Part shown: positions 1 through 9,063 of the stretch, one piece after another
Layout of the letters: the number at the start of each line of letters is the position of its first letter
Position numbering within the stretch: the stretch's first letter is position 1
NCBI GenBank assembly: GCA_016699145.1
Contig: CP064962.1
Span: 1,140,001-1,172,000 of the forward strand
DNA from: Candidatus Saccharimonadota bacterium
GTDB lineage: Bacteria > Patescibacteriota > Gracilibacteria > UBA1369 > 2-02-FULL-48-14
Reading direction: 5' to 3'
Length of the DNA: 32,000 bases
Position numbers and translations under genes: made by a program
Notes under the pieces: generated by a model
What the model saw: only the letters and a program-made list of their open reading frames with translations
Told to the model about the DNA's origin: nothing
Databases searched by the model: none

Positions 1-180
1 CTAAAATCCGCGAGAAAGCAAAGAAAAAAACGTATACTTTTTTTTGAGTACGACAGGTTTTTTGCCCTTCACTTCGATTTCAACCGATTCCCGAGCGGCC
101 CCCAAATCCACCATACAATAGGGACAAAGTTCTTTTTTGAGCGAGATGAGTTTGCCGCAAGAGAAGCAATTGAACAGCAT
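1..180 (-). CDS. small CxxC..CxxC zinc-ribbon protein (59 aa, below the ORF-track size cut-off)
   Basis: Hand translation of the minus strand from ATG at 180 to TAG at 3..1 gives MLFNCFSCGKLISLKKELCPYCMVDLGAARESVEIEVKGKKPVVLKKKYTFFSLLSRGF. It has two CxxC pairs and lies 46 nt downstream of the HTH gene on the same strand. Confidence 0.3.
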   Translation of the reverse strand: MLFNCFSCGKLISLKKELCPYCMVDLGAARESVEIEVKGKKPVVLKKKYTFFSLLSRGF

Positions 181-225
181 GGCGAGGCGTGGAGGTTAAG
201 GGGAATAGCGTGGCGACGCTTTGTC

Positions 226-399
226 TTAAATGATTGTTTGTTTGAGAAGGAAATCTTCCAGATCCTCTTCACGGATCCGATAGACTCGGCCAAATTTGAT
301 GCTCCGCAGCTTCTTCTGTTTGATGAATTTCAGAACAGTAAGGTGGTGGAGCCGCAGAGCCTCGGCGACCTCTTCGGGAGTGAATAGCCGCGAGACCAT
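226..399 (-). CDS. excisionase-family helix-turn-helix DNA-binding protein (57 aa)
   Basis: Hand translation from ATG at 399 to TAA at 228..226 gives MVSRLFTPEEVAEALRLHHLTVLKFIKQKKLRSIKFGRVYRIREEDLEDFLLKQTII. This matches the pattern of MerR/excisionase-type HTH_17 proteins (..T.eEaA..L.vs..tv...i..g.l...kiGr.wrIr.edLe.fl). The 69..293 track ORF that overlaps it is a different frame and looks non-coding. Confidence 0.7.
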   Translation of the reverse strand: MVSRLFTPEEVAEALRLHHLTVLKFIKQKKLRSIKFGRVYRIREEDLEDFLLKQTII

Positions 400-619
400 T
401 AAACTTTGTTTAACTTGGCATTACTTTATAGTGCTTGATTTCACTTTGCAATGGAATTCATAATTTTTACTGTTTTTATTTAAGTCTTATTATTTTAAAT
501 CTATTTTTTAGCATTTTATACTATTTTATATAAATTAATTATATTTAATTAAGTTTTATTAAAGCAACCAGCCTTTTTTTAAGGCATGCAAAAACAAATC
601 AAATTCATCAAAAAAACAC

Positions 620-3508
620 CTAAATCCCCATTTTTTGAAGCCATTTCCCAGTGTAGGACAGATCAGCTTTTTTAGAAACCTGCTCGGGCGTGCCTTTAGC
701 TACAACCATTCCCCCTCCATTGCCTCCGTCGGGCCCCATGTCGATGAGGTGATCGGCACATTTAATAAGATCGAGGTTGTGTTCAATCACGATCACAGTG
801 TTCCCGGCTTCCACAAGTTGTTGCAGCACTTCCACGAGGCGACGCACATCGTCAAAATGTAGACCGGTGGTGGGTTCATCCAAAATATAAAGAGTTTTCC
901 CCGTAGAACGGCGAGACAATTCCGTGGCCAGCTTGATGCGCTGAGCTTCTCCCCCCGAAAGGGTGGTGGCCGATTGCCCCAAATGCACATACCCAAGGCC
1001 CACTTTAGACAACGTTTCTAATTTATTTTTCACAGAAGGAATGGCATCAAAGAATTCCAAAGCTTCATCCAAAGTCATGTCGAGCACATCGGCAATATTC
1101 TTCCCACGATAGGTGATTTCCAAAGCTTCTCGATTGTAACGGCGGCCTTTACACACTTCACAAGGCACATACACATCCGGTAAAAAATGCATCTCAATTT
1201 TTTCACCCCGTCCCCTTCGCAAGCTTCACAACGACCTCCTTTCACGTTGAAAGAGAAGCGTCCGGCCTTGTACCCACGCAGACGCGCTTCTTGAGTGTGA
1301 GCAAAAAGTTCACGAATATCTGTGAAGACCCCGGTGTAAGTCGCAGGGTTGGAGCGAGGTGTGCGACCGATGGGCGATTGATCGATATTGATGATTTTAT
1401 CCAAATGTTCAATGCCCCGAATTTCGCGATGAGCCCCGGCAATGGCCTTGCTACGATTGATCACAGAAGTCACCTTTTTAACTAGAATTTCATTCACCAA
1501 AGTGGATTTTCCAGAGCCCGAAACACCCGTCACACAAATGAAGGTTCCAAGAGGCAATTCCACATCCACGTCGCGCAGATTGTGTTCCGTCGCACCTAAA
1601 ATTTCCAGGTTCTTCCCATTCCCTTTGCGTCTGACTTTAGGCATAGGAATTTCTTTTTTACCACTCAAATACTGCCCTGTCACCGAATTGGAATTCGCCA
1701 TGATTTCTTTGGGCGTTCCTGCGGCAACCACTTGTCCTCCGTGCTTGCCAGCTCCGGGGCCAATGTCCAAAATGTAGTCCGCCGAAAGCATGGTGTCCAC
1801 ATCGTGTTCCACGACAATCACGGTATTGCCAATGTCTCGCAAAGTCACAAGGGTTTGAATGAGTTTTTCATTGTCGTTCTGATGCAGACCAATGGACGGC
1901 TCATCCAGTACATAAAGCACACCCACCAAATGAGAACCAATTTGAGTTGCCAAACGGATGCGTTGAGCTTCTCCTCCCGAAAGAGTGTTGGCGGCACGGT
2001 CCAAAGTCAAATAAGAAACACCCACATGATCCAAAAATTTAAGGCGAGAAGCGATCTCTTTAAGAATCGGATCGGCGATTTTAGCATGCATCTCACTGAG
2101 GTGTAATTTTTCAAAAAAAGAATATGCTTCTGCAATGGAAAGGAGGTGGCATCGGCAATGGATTTATTTTCAATACGCACCGCAAGCATTTCCGGCTTCA
2201 GGCGCTTGCCGTGACACTCTGGGCAAAGCAAAACGCGCATGTATTGCTCAATTTTTGTACGTACGTAATCGGAATCGGTTTCCAAAAAGCGACGCTCTAA
2301 ATTGGGGATTACCCCTTCAAACTTGGTTTGAAATTCCCCCTTTGAATAGCCATCCCCCGAAGAAACTTTCACTTCATAACGTTCTTCGCCGGTTCCATAG
2401 AGCACAAGTTCGATTTGTTTTTCCGTGAGTTTTTCAACGGGCAAATCCAAAGAAAATTTATGACGTTTGCTCACCGCTTCCAAAATGGCGGTGTACCAAG
2501 AAAGATGAGATGCCGTTTGAGCCCAAGGCAAAATCGCTCCTTCCGAAAGGCTGAGTTTTTTATTGGGCAAAACCAGCTCTGCATCGATTTCCAATTTGGT
2601 TCCCAGCCCGTGGCATGCTTCACAAGCCCCATGCGGACTGTTGAACGAAAAGTTGCGAGGTTCAATTTCACTCAGACAAACATCAGGATGATCTTCACAA
2701 GAGAAATTTTCTGAAAATTTCTGTACTTCACCGGTTTCATTGTCGAGGATCATCATCACACCCTCCCCATGACGAAGGGTGGTTTCAATGGAATCTGAAA
2801 CTCGAGTGCGTTCAGGGTTCGGAATCTCAATCACATCTCCATTTGAAAGTGTTTTTTTCTCATTTTCAAATTTTTTCACGACCAAACGATCCACCACAAT
2901 CTCAATAGAATGAGCTTTGTTTTTATCAAGTTTAGGCAATTCATTCACGGTGTGCACTTCTCCATCCATGCGGATGCGTACGAAACCTTCTTTCTTGATT
3001 TTTTCCAAAGTCGCTTCATGTTCGCCTTTTTTGCCATTCACAACCGGTGCAAGCAGCAAAACACGGCGCCCTCATCCATGGCTAAAATATGATCCGTGAT
3101 TTGACTGGGCGTTTGGCGCACGATGGGTTTATCACATTTGGGGCAATGGGGCACTCCAACGCGAGCGAATAAAAGACGCAAATGATCATAAATTTCGGTC
3201 ACCGTGCCGACTGTCGAACGAGGGTTACGAGGCGCAGTTTTTTGATCAATAGAAATGGCCGGAGACAATCCTTCAATGGATTCAACATCGGGCTTATCCA
3301 TGATGCCCAAAAACTGACGGGCGTAGGTCGAAAGCGATTCCACATAACGGCGTTGTCCTTCCGCATAAATGGTGTCGAAGGCAAGTGTCGACTTTCCAGA
3401 ACCCGAAAGACCCGTAATCACTGTGAGCTTGTCGCGCGGAATTTCCACATCAATATTCTTTAAATTGTGCATCCGTGCACCTTTCACGACAATCTTTTGG
3501 GCTTGCAT
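620..3508 (-). pseudogene. uvrA: excinuclease ABC subunit UvrA, interrupted by three -1 frameshifts
   Basis: Four abutting minus-strand ORFs (3508-3038, 3059-2007, 2091-1075, 1222-620) read together as one full-length UvrA of about 960 aa. Visible motifs are Walker [29 protein letters not shown], CxxC zinc modules, [12 protein letters not shown], a second Walker [11 protein letters not shown] and [12 protein letters not shown]. Frame changes map to 3058..3061, about 2137..2141 and 1198..1203. Confidence 0.9.
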
Positions 3509-3614
3509 TCGAAACAGGTTAAAACAGTGACCAAGAGTCTAGCATGCTATTCTTGATGGAACAAGCGTGAAAACCTGAAATCCCCTCTTATCCGAAAGCT
3601 GAGTTTCTAATCCT

Positions 3615-4181
3615 CTAATCATTCGCCCGTTCCACGTACTCTCCAGTTTCGGTGTTGATGCGAATCAAGTCACCTTCTTCAATAAAAAGGGGGACATTGA
3701 TCACAGCACCTGTTTCAACAGTGGCAGGTTTGCTGCCAGCTTGGGCTCGGTCCCCACGCACACCCGGAGTGGTTTCCACTACCTTGAGCACCACTTTGGG
3801 AGGCAATTGAATAGAAATGGGTTTTTCATTGTAGAGCAGTGCAGTCATTTCTTTTCCATCTTGGAGGTAACCCACCATGTCCCCGAGAGATTCGAGGGTG
3901 AAGGTGAATTGTTCATAATTGTCCATGTCCATAAAGTAGGCGTCGGTCTGGTCTTTATAGAGGTATTGCACATTCTTGCGTGCCACATCCGCCATTTCAA
4001 AACTTTCTCCGGCGATAAAGGTCTTTTCCATCACGCTGCCGTTGATGAGATTGCGCATCTTGGTGCGCATCACCGGCTTACGTTGAGCGGTGCGCATGAA
4101 GGAGTTGGTGAGAATTTGGTAGGGTGCATTGTCGATGTTCACAACGGTTCCCACTTTCAAGTCGGTGATAGATTGAGCCAT
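3615..4181 (-). CDS. efp: translation elongation factor P
   Basis: 188 aa. The N-terminus is MAQSITDLKVGTVVNIDNAPYQIL and the C-terminal OB-domain sequence is PATVETGAVINVPLFIEEGDLIRINTETGEYVERA, typical of EF-P. Confidence 0.95.
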   Translation of the reverse strand: MAQSITDLKVGTVVNIDNAPYQILTNSFMRTAQRKPVMRTKMRNLINGSVMEKTFIAGESFEMADVARKNVQYLYKDQTDAYFMDMDNYEQFTFTLESLGDMVGYLQDGKEMTALLYNEKPISIQLPPKVVLKVVETTPGVRGDRAQAGSKPATVETGAVINVPLFIEEGDLIRINTETGEYVERAND

Positions 4182-4229
4182 ATTAAAAATAATGAAGTCG
4201 CCGTCATTTTAGGGATTTCCTGAAAAGAG

Positions 4230-5096
4230 TCAATTTTGAGAGGACTTCCACTGATGCAAATAGTCTGTGCGATTTTCCCCTACTAAACAAGCTTGAGCTT
4301 TGAGATTTTCTTTCTGTTTGAACAGATGATCCAGTGTGCTGTAACCCAGCACCAAGAAAGGCACCATGAAGAAGGTGAGATTCATTTCGAGCAAGATATT
4401 GAACAGTCCATGCAAAAGGACGGCGATGAAAAGCCCTTCGCTGATTTTTTCGGTAGCAAAAACACGATTTCGCTTGAAATGAAAAAGCGTGTGAAAAGCA
4501 TTGAGAAGGGGGCGACGTTTTTTACGCATTTCCTCAGACCAAAGCGGGTCAGCAAAATAAGCCATCCCATAATAATAGCCATAAATTCCTGAGAAGAGGA
4601 TGTGAGCAAAAGTGGAGAAAAGGGCCCGGAAAACAAAAGAGACGAGCAATACATCCACGCCCTGATATTCCCAAATGTAGTAAAAATAAAGAATGTTTTC
4701 GATGAAGGCAAAGCCTAAAGCCGAGATGATGGAAAATTCGATGGCATCATCAATGTTTCTAAAAAAACCTCTATCCGCTTTGCGCACCACAAGATTTTTC
4801 ATGTACTCCTCAATCACACCCACAAACATGAAGGCAAACAAAGTTCCCAGCGGTAAGTACAAATGATCTGTAAAGCCAAAAAGATCGGCCTTGAAATCAT
4901 TGGTATAATTGAAAATATTGGCCACAGGCAAGTAGTCCCAGCTCCATTTATAAAGCAAAATCGGCAGCACCGAAGTCATCCCCAGTAGGAAGGTCTGCAA
5001 CGCTTTTGGCCGATAAACCGGATCTTTTTTATAGAAGATGAAACCCCAGATCAAGGCAGGCACACAGGCAAGGAGAATGGAGAGCGAAACTTGCAT
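4230..5096 (-). CDS. PrsW-family intramembrane metalloprotease
   Basis: 288 aa polytopic membrane protein. It carries the PrsW motifs EEYMKNL, FAFIENILY and HILFSGIYGYY, followed by LLHGLFN. Confidence 0.75.
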   Translation of the reverse strand: MQVSLSILLACVPALIWGFIFYKKDPVYRPKALQTFLLGMTSVLPILLYKWSWDYLPVANIFNYTNDFKADLFGFTDHLYLPLGTLFAFMFVGVIEEYMKNLVVRKADRGFFRNIDDAIEFSIISALGFAFIENILYFYYIWEYQGVDVLLVSFVFRALFSTFAHILFSGIYGYYYGMAYFADPLWSEEMRKKRRPLLNAFHTLFHFKRNRVFATEKISEGLFIAVLLHGLFNILLEMNLTFFMVPFLVLGYSTLDHLFKQKENLKAQACLVGENRTDYLHQWKSSQN

Positions 5097-5115
5097 TAAG
5101 GTTCAATGAAATCCC

Positions 5116-6204
5116 TTAATTATAGCATAAATCCGTGCTTAAGAGAAGTTTTCCATCCATCACAGTATAAACGGTCTTATTTTTGAGTTTTTCCACATGC
5201 TCTAGGGCCGTGGTGGTGAGTATGGTTTGATAATCTTGAAGCAAATGGCCCAATTTTTCTTGACGTTTGGCATCCAATTCAGAAAAAACATCGTCCAGTA
5301 AGAGCAAAGGTTTTTCACCGCTACGAAGTTCCATATAGCGAAGTTCCGCCATCTTAAGCGCAAGCACCGCACTGCGGCATTCTCCGCGTGAACCCGTTTC
5401 TTGAAGCGAACGGCCTTCCAAGTAAAGAATGAAGTCGTCGCGGTGTGGACCCACAGAAGTGGCCCCCGTTCGAAGATCGTGCTCCCGAGCTGCCGCTAAT
5501 TTTTCATCAAAGCGCTCTCGATGATTTTGATAAAAGAAGCTGAGTGTTTTCTTGCCACCCGCGATGCGTTGATAATCTTTAGGGAGAGGTGTTTTTAAAA
5601 AATCCATAAAAGCGTGGCGACGTTCCCAAAGGCGAGTGGCTTCTTCGCAAAGACGCGCATCCCAAAGGTCGAGTTCCCAGTTTTGTGCACGGCCCTCACG
5701 GATGCGTTTGAGCAGAGCATTGCGTTGATCCAAAATGCGTTGATATTGGCTGAACGTTTCCACATAACCTCCATTCAGTTGCAGCAAAAGGCGATCCAAA
5801 AATTGACGACGCAAAGCTGGACTTCCACTCACAAGATCCAGATCATCAGGAGTGAAAAGCACAATGCGCAAACTGCCCAAAAAATGCTTGGGGAGCGTCC
5901 ATTTTTCAGCCTTTTTCACTTTTTTAGTCTCCGGTTCACGTTGCATATACACCTCCAATTCCACTTCTTTGCCCTCTTCTTCAATGCAGCCCTTGATGCG
6001 CCCGTGCGAACGGTCCCAATGCAGGGTTTCAAGGCTGCGACTGGCCCGAAAAGATTTGCCCAGTGCAAGAAAAGCGATGCTCTCCAAAAGATTGGTTTTC
6101 CCTTGAGCATTCAGTCCCACAAGAGCCGTGATGGGACTCTTGAGTTCCAATTCTAAGTCATAATAATTACGGAAGCCTTCAAGTTTGATCCATTTGAGTT
6201 TCAT
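5116..6204 (-). CDS. recF: DNA replication and repair protein RecF
   Basis: 362 aa. Visible elements are MKLKWIKLEGFRNY, Walker A GLNAQGKTNLLESI, and an SMC-like signature plus Walker B (LLLLDDVFSELD). Confidence 0.9.
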   Translation of the reverse strand: MKLKWIKLEGFRNYYDLELELKSPITALVGLNAQGKTNLLESIAFLALGKSFRASRSLETLHWDRSHGRIKGCIEEEGKEVELEVYMQREPETKKVKKAEKWTLPKHFLGSLRIVLFTPDDLDLVSGSPALRRQFLDRLLLQLNGGYVETFSQYQRILDQRNALLKRIREGRAQNWELDLWDARLCEEATRLWERRHAFMDFLKTPLPKDYQRIAGGKKTLSFFYQNHRERFDEKLAAAREHDLRTGATSVGPHRDDFILYLEGRSLQETGSRGECRSAVLALKMAELRYMELRSGEKPLLLLDDVFSELDAKRQEKLGHLLQDYQTILTTTALEHVEKLKNKTVYTVMDGKLLLSTDLCYN

Positions 6205-6267
6205 GCGTGGGGGATTTTGCCTCAGTGTAGCGGAACGATCTCACTTTACACAAAGGCCTTTTTTACC

Positions 6268-6478
6268 TAGAGGCTATCTCAAAAAAAGACCAGAGTGTTT
6301 AGGACGGCACTGACTTCGTGCGCGTCCTCCCCACTCCTAAAGGCAAGAACTGGATTATTTTGCTTACAAGAGCTTCATCCTCGGTCGACTTAGCTCTGCT
6401 AAGCCTCCTTCGTCTTCAGCTCTTTCAGCTTAAAATCCTCTGCGTTCTTGCTCTTCCCTTTTTTTGAGATAGCCTCTA
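6268..6478. repeat. 211-bp element bounded by perfect 21-bp inverted repeats with extensive internal pairing (MITE-like element or structured ncRNA)
   Basis: TAGAGGCTATCTCAAAAAAAG at 6268..6288 is the exact reverse complement of 6458..6478. Internal helices: AGGACG-GCAC/GTGC-CGTCCT (6301..6328); GCAAGAAC/GTTCTTGC (6343..6350 with 6444..6451); GCTTA-AGAGCT/AGCTCT-TAAGC (6362..6404). No credible ORF is present. Confidence 0.5.
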
Positions 6479-6506
6479 AAATCCCAGCAGATTTCTGAGA
6501 TTTGAA

Positions 6507-7559
6507 ATGAAAAAACTTAAAAAACCCCACCTCCGAAACATTTACGACAAAGCCACTTGTTTGAAACAACTCGCTGCAGAAAATTTTCCTCGCGTGACGC
6601 TGTCCTTCTACCGTTATGTGAAAATTCAGCATCCCAAAGAACTGCGCGACCAACTTTTTCGAGAATGGAGCGCCCTTGGAGTTTTAGGAAGGATCTATCT
6701 GGCTCGCGAAGGAATAAATGCCCAACTCAGTGTGCCCGAACACCATTTGCAAGCGTTCAAGAAAAATCTCGACAGTCACCTCGAATTTGCAGAGATGTAC
6801 CTCAACATCGGTCTCGAACAAAGCGAGTCCTTTTACAAGCTCACTCTCAAGGTCAAAAAACAAATCGTCGCCGACGGCTTGCCTGAGGGCAGCTTCGACC
6901 TCAGCAATGTGGGCAATCACCTCACTCCTGAAGAATTCAATGAAGCTCTCGACAAAGAAGAAACCGTCGTGGTCGACATGCGCAACTTTTATGAAAGTAA
7001 AATCGGCCGCTTTGAAAAAGCACTTTGCCCCGACAGCAACACGTTTAAAGAAGAGCTTCCTCTGGTGCTCGACGCCCTCAAAGGCCAAGAAGACAAAAAA
7101 GTCATCATGTATTGCACGGGAGGCATCCGCTGCGAAAAAGCCAGCGCGTACTTGAAACACCACGGTTTTAAAGATGTGAACCAACTGCGCGGAGGCATCA
7201 TCACTTACATGCAGCATGTGCGCCAAAAGAACTTGCCGGTTCGCTTCCATGGCCAAAACTACGTCTTTGATGAACGCATCGCCGAACGTGCCACCAACGA
7301 AATTCTCTCGAATTGTGACCAATGTGAAACTCCCTGGGACTCTTATGTGAATTGCAAAAATGCCGCCTGCAACTTGCTTTTCCTTCAATGCCCTTCCTGT
7401 GCCGAAACCTGGAATGGCTCTTGCAGTCTCGATTGTAAGGCCGTTTATGACCTCCCCCTGGAAGAGCGCCGCGCTCATTACGCCAAGCAAAAAAAGAGTG
7501 ACTACACGGTCTACGTTTCACGCATAAGGCCCCACTTAAAAGGCTCCGCCAAGGCCTAA
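6507..7559 (+). CDS. trhO: rhodanese-domain tRNA uridine(34) hydroxylase TrhO (YceA/UPF0176 family)
   Basis: 350 aa. Visible elements are an N-terminal FYRYV..GRIYLAREGINAQLSVP and a rhodanese active-site loop MYCTGGIRCEKASAYL, plus a Cys-rich C-terminal tail. Confidence 0.85.
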   Translation: MKKLKKPHLRNIYDKATCLKQLAAENFPRVTLSFYRYVKIQHPKELRDQLFREWSALGVLGRIYLAREGINAQLSVPEHHLQAFKKNLDSHLEFAEMYLNIGLEQSESFYKLTLKVKKQIVADGLPEGSFDLSNVGNHLTPEEFNEALDKEETVVVDMRNFYESKIGRFEKALCPDSNTFKEELPLVLDALKGQEDKKVIMYCTGGIRCEKASAYLKHHGFKDVNQLRGGIITYMQHVRQKNLPVRFHGQNYVFDERIAERATNEILSNCDQCETPWDSYVNCKNAACNLLFLQCPSCAETWNGSCSLDCKAVYDLPLEERRAHYAKQKKSDYTVYVSRIRPHLKGSAKA

Positions 7560-7625
7560 AATAGCAAAATATTTGCAGGCAAACCGAACTCGTGTTAAGA
7601 ATGGAGGGCAATAACCCCTGTAGCC

Positions 7626-8309
7626 ATGGATTTCCAAGCTAAGCTCCTCACTCACATTGATGAGAAGCACCTTCTTAAACATGCATTTTACCAGATGTGG
7701 ACAGAAGGGACTCTCCCTATTGAAGTGATGCAAAAGTATGCCGAACAGTACTATCACTTGGAACGGAATTTCCCCAACTTTCTTTCGGCCATGCTCATGA
7801 CTTGTGACAGCGAAGTTGCTCGGGTCGCCATTTTGGACAATTTCAACGACGAAACAGCTGGTGCCAAAAATCACCGCGAACTGTGGTTGCGCTTCGGGGA
7901 AGGTATCGGAGCCACTCGACAGGCCATGAAAAACAGCACTCCTCTTCCTGAAACCCTGGCAGCCATCGAAACTTTCACTCGTCTTTGCTCTAAAAACTAC
8001 CTTATTGGAGCCGCTGCCCTGGCCGCTTACGAGTCTCAAATCCCAGCCATCGCTGCCAAAAAACTCGAAGGTTTGATTGCCAACTACGGCATCACCGATG
8101 AACGCACTCACGAATTCTTTGCTGTGCACGGCAGCATCGACATCAAGCACGCCAACGTTTGGTGGGACATGCTCAAAGATGCCGACCTTTCTGAGGAAGA
8201 AAAAACAGAAGCAGAAGCCTCAACAAAAGAAGCTTCCGAAGCTCTTTGGAATTTCCTCACGGGAGTGCTCAAAGCCCACATGCCTGAAGCGCTCACCATG
8301 AAATGCTAG
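7626..8309 (+). CDS. CADD/PqqC-like heme-oxygenase-fold di-iron protein (putative folate/pABA metabolism)
   Basis: 227 aa. The pattern HAFYQMWTEGTLPIEVMQKYAEQYYHLERNFPNFLSAM..ILDNFNDE..NHRELWLRF..AAYESQIPAIA..HGSIDIKH parallels the Chlamydia CADD (CT610) and PqqC family as I recall it. Confidence 0.75.
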   Translation: MDFQAKLLTHIDEKHLLKHAFYQMWTEGTLPIEVMQKYAEQYYHLERNFPNFLSAMLMTCDSEVARVAILDNFNDETAGAKNHRELWLRFGEGIGATRQAMKNSTPLPETLAAIETFTRLCSKNYLIGAAALAAYESQIPAIAAKKLEGLIANYGITDERTHEFFAVHGSIDIKHANVWWDMLKDADLSEEEKTEAEASTKEASEALWNFLTGVLKAHMPEALTMKC

Positions 8310-8336
8310 TATTTCCCCTTTTAACTCTTTTCTTTT

Positions 8337-8789
8337 ATGAAAAAAACACTTTTTCTCGCCCTTGCCACTTTATTGGTTTTAGCAGGATGCAACTCTGAAG
8401 CACCCGTCACGGACCCCATACTTCCAGAGCCCGCCGAAACTCCAACACCTGAAGAGACCAGCCAGACTTTCACTTCTGAGGAACTGGGCTTTGAACTCAC
8501 TCTTCCTGAAACATGGGAAGTGACCAGCACCGTGCAAGAAACCACTTGGGCCTTTGGAGCCACTCAAACGGTTTACGTGAAAAGTGAAGCCGGAATCGAT
8601 ATTTTTGCCATCACTCGCTTCACCAAAGCAGAGTGGGCTGAAGTTCAAGCAGCAGACGGACCCAAACCCACCGTTCTTGAAGAGGAAGGGGACTACGTAT
8701 GGGCTTATGACTCCACTCAAGATCCTAGCGGAGTAGAAAGCTATGTGGCTGAACTTGCTGATGTCTTGAAAACCTTCAAAGTTCTCTAA
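8337..8789 (+). CDS. lipoprotein, function unknown
   Basis: 150 aa. It has a signal peptide with lipobox LLVLAGC followed by a Pro/Glu/Thr-rich linker. Confidence 0.7.
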   Translation: MKKTLFLALATLLVLAGCNSEAPVTDPILPEPAETPTPEETSQTFTSEELGFELTLPETWEVTSTVQETTWAFGATQTVYVKSEAGIDIFAITRFTKAEWAEVQAADGPKPTVLEEEGDYVWAYDSTQDPSGVESYVAELADVLKTFKVL

Positions 8790-8807
8790 ACTTCATCACT
8801 AAACATT

Positions 8808-8837
8808 AAAAAGCCTCGACTATGCGAGGCTTTTTTT
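8808..8837 (+). terminator. rho-independent terminator (bidirectional shape)
   Basis: AAAAA-GCCTCG-actatg-CGAGGC-TTTTTTT, 19 nt after the lipoprotein stop codon. Confidence 0.7.
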
Positions 8838-8981
8838 AGTGCCAACTTTTATACCTTTTCTACAAATTTTGCACAAAAAGCCTTTCAGCTTTCTGTAAGT
8901 CAGGAAAACTTAATGCGTTTTTAATGAAAATTTCAGAATTTTATTCAGGTCTTTGGTCTAAAGTCAGCTCACTCGGGATGA

Positions 8982-9052
8982 GGGCCTCGGACGGCTCCCC
9001 CGTAGAATTTGTCATTTTAACGGGAGGGGTTCAACTCCCCTGAGGTCCACCA
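8982..9052 (+). ncRNA. tRNA-like RNA with alanine identity elements and encoded CCA (non-canonical body)
   Basis: Acceptor stem GGGCCUC (8982..8988)/GAGGUCC (9042..9048) includes G8984-U9046 at pair 3:70. The T arm is AGGGG-UUCAACU-CCCCU (9025..9041), followed by A9049 and CCA at 9050..9052. The central part forms only a short ACGG/CCGU hairpin and an AGAA/UUUU hairpin with loop UUUGUCA. G-U pairs fix the strand as +. Confidence 0.5.
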
Positions 9053-9063
9053 CCCGAGTAGAC

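Noticed and set aside
69-293. 74-aa minus-strand track ORF
   Set aside because: It overlaps both the excisionase-like HTH ORF (226..399) and the zinc-ribbon ORF (1..180) in a different frame. Its sequence has no protein-like features.
1198-1203. Programmed ribosomal frameshifting or transcriptional slippage as the explanation for the uvrA, recJ and rlmD frame changes
   Set aside because: The runs are short (3-6 nt), with no slippery heptamer plus downstream structure that I can see. Three separate events in one gene are not a known regulatory design. Mutation or assembly error is the simpler explanation.
6268-6478. Calling the inverted-repeat element 6S RNA, SRP RNA or tmRNA
   Set aside because: I could not find the SRP domain IV motif (GGAA tetraloop with AGCA loop), a 6S-like symmetric central bubble, or tRNA-like ends. 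It is left unassigned.
6399-6653. 84-aa minus-strand ORF across the inverted-repeat element and the trhO start
   Set aside because: It overlaps the well-supported trhO N-terminus and the structured non-coding element, and has no protein-like features.
8924-9043. 39-aa plus-strand ORF (MKISEFYSGLWSKV...) spanning the tRNA-like element
   Set aside because: There is no ribosome-binding signal or protein-like features. The nested helices, the T-loop motif and the ACCA end explain the sequence better as RNA. It is kept as the alternative hypothesis for that locus.
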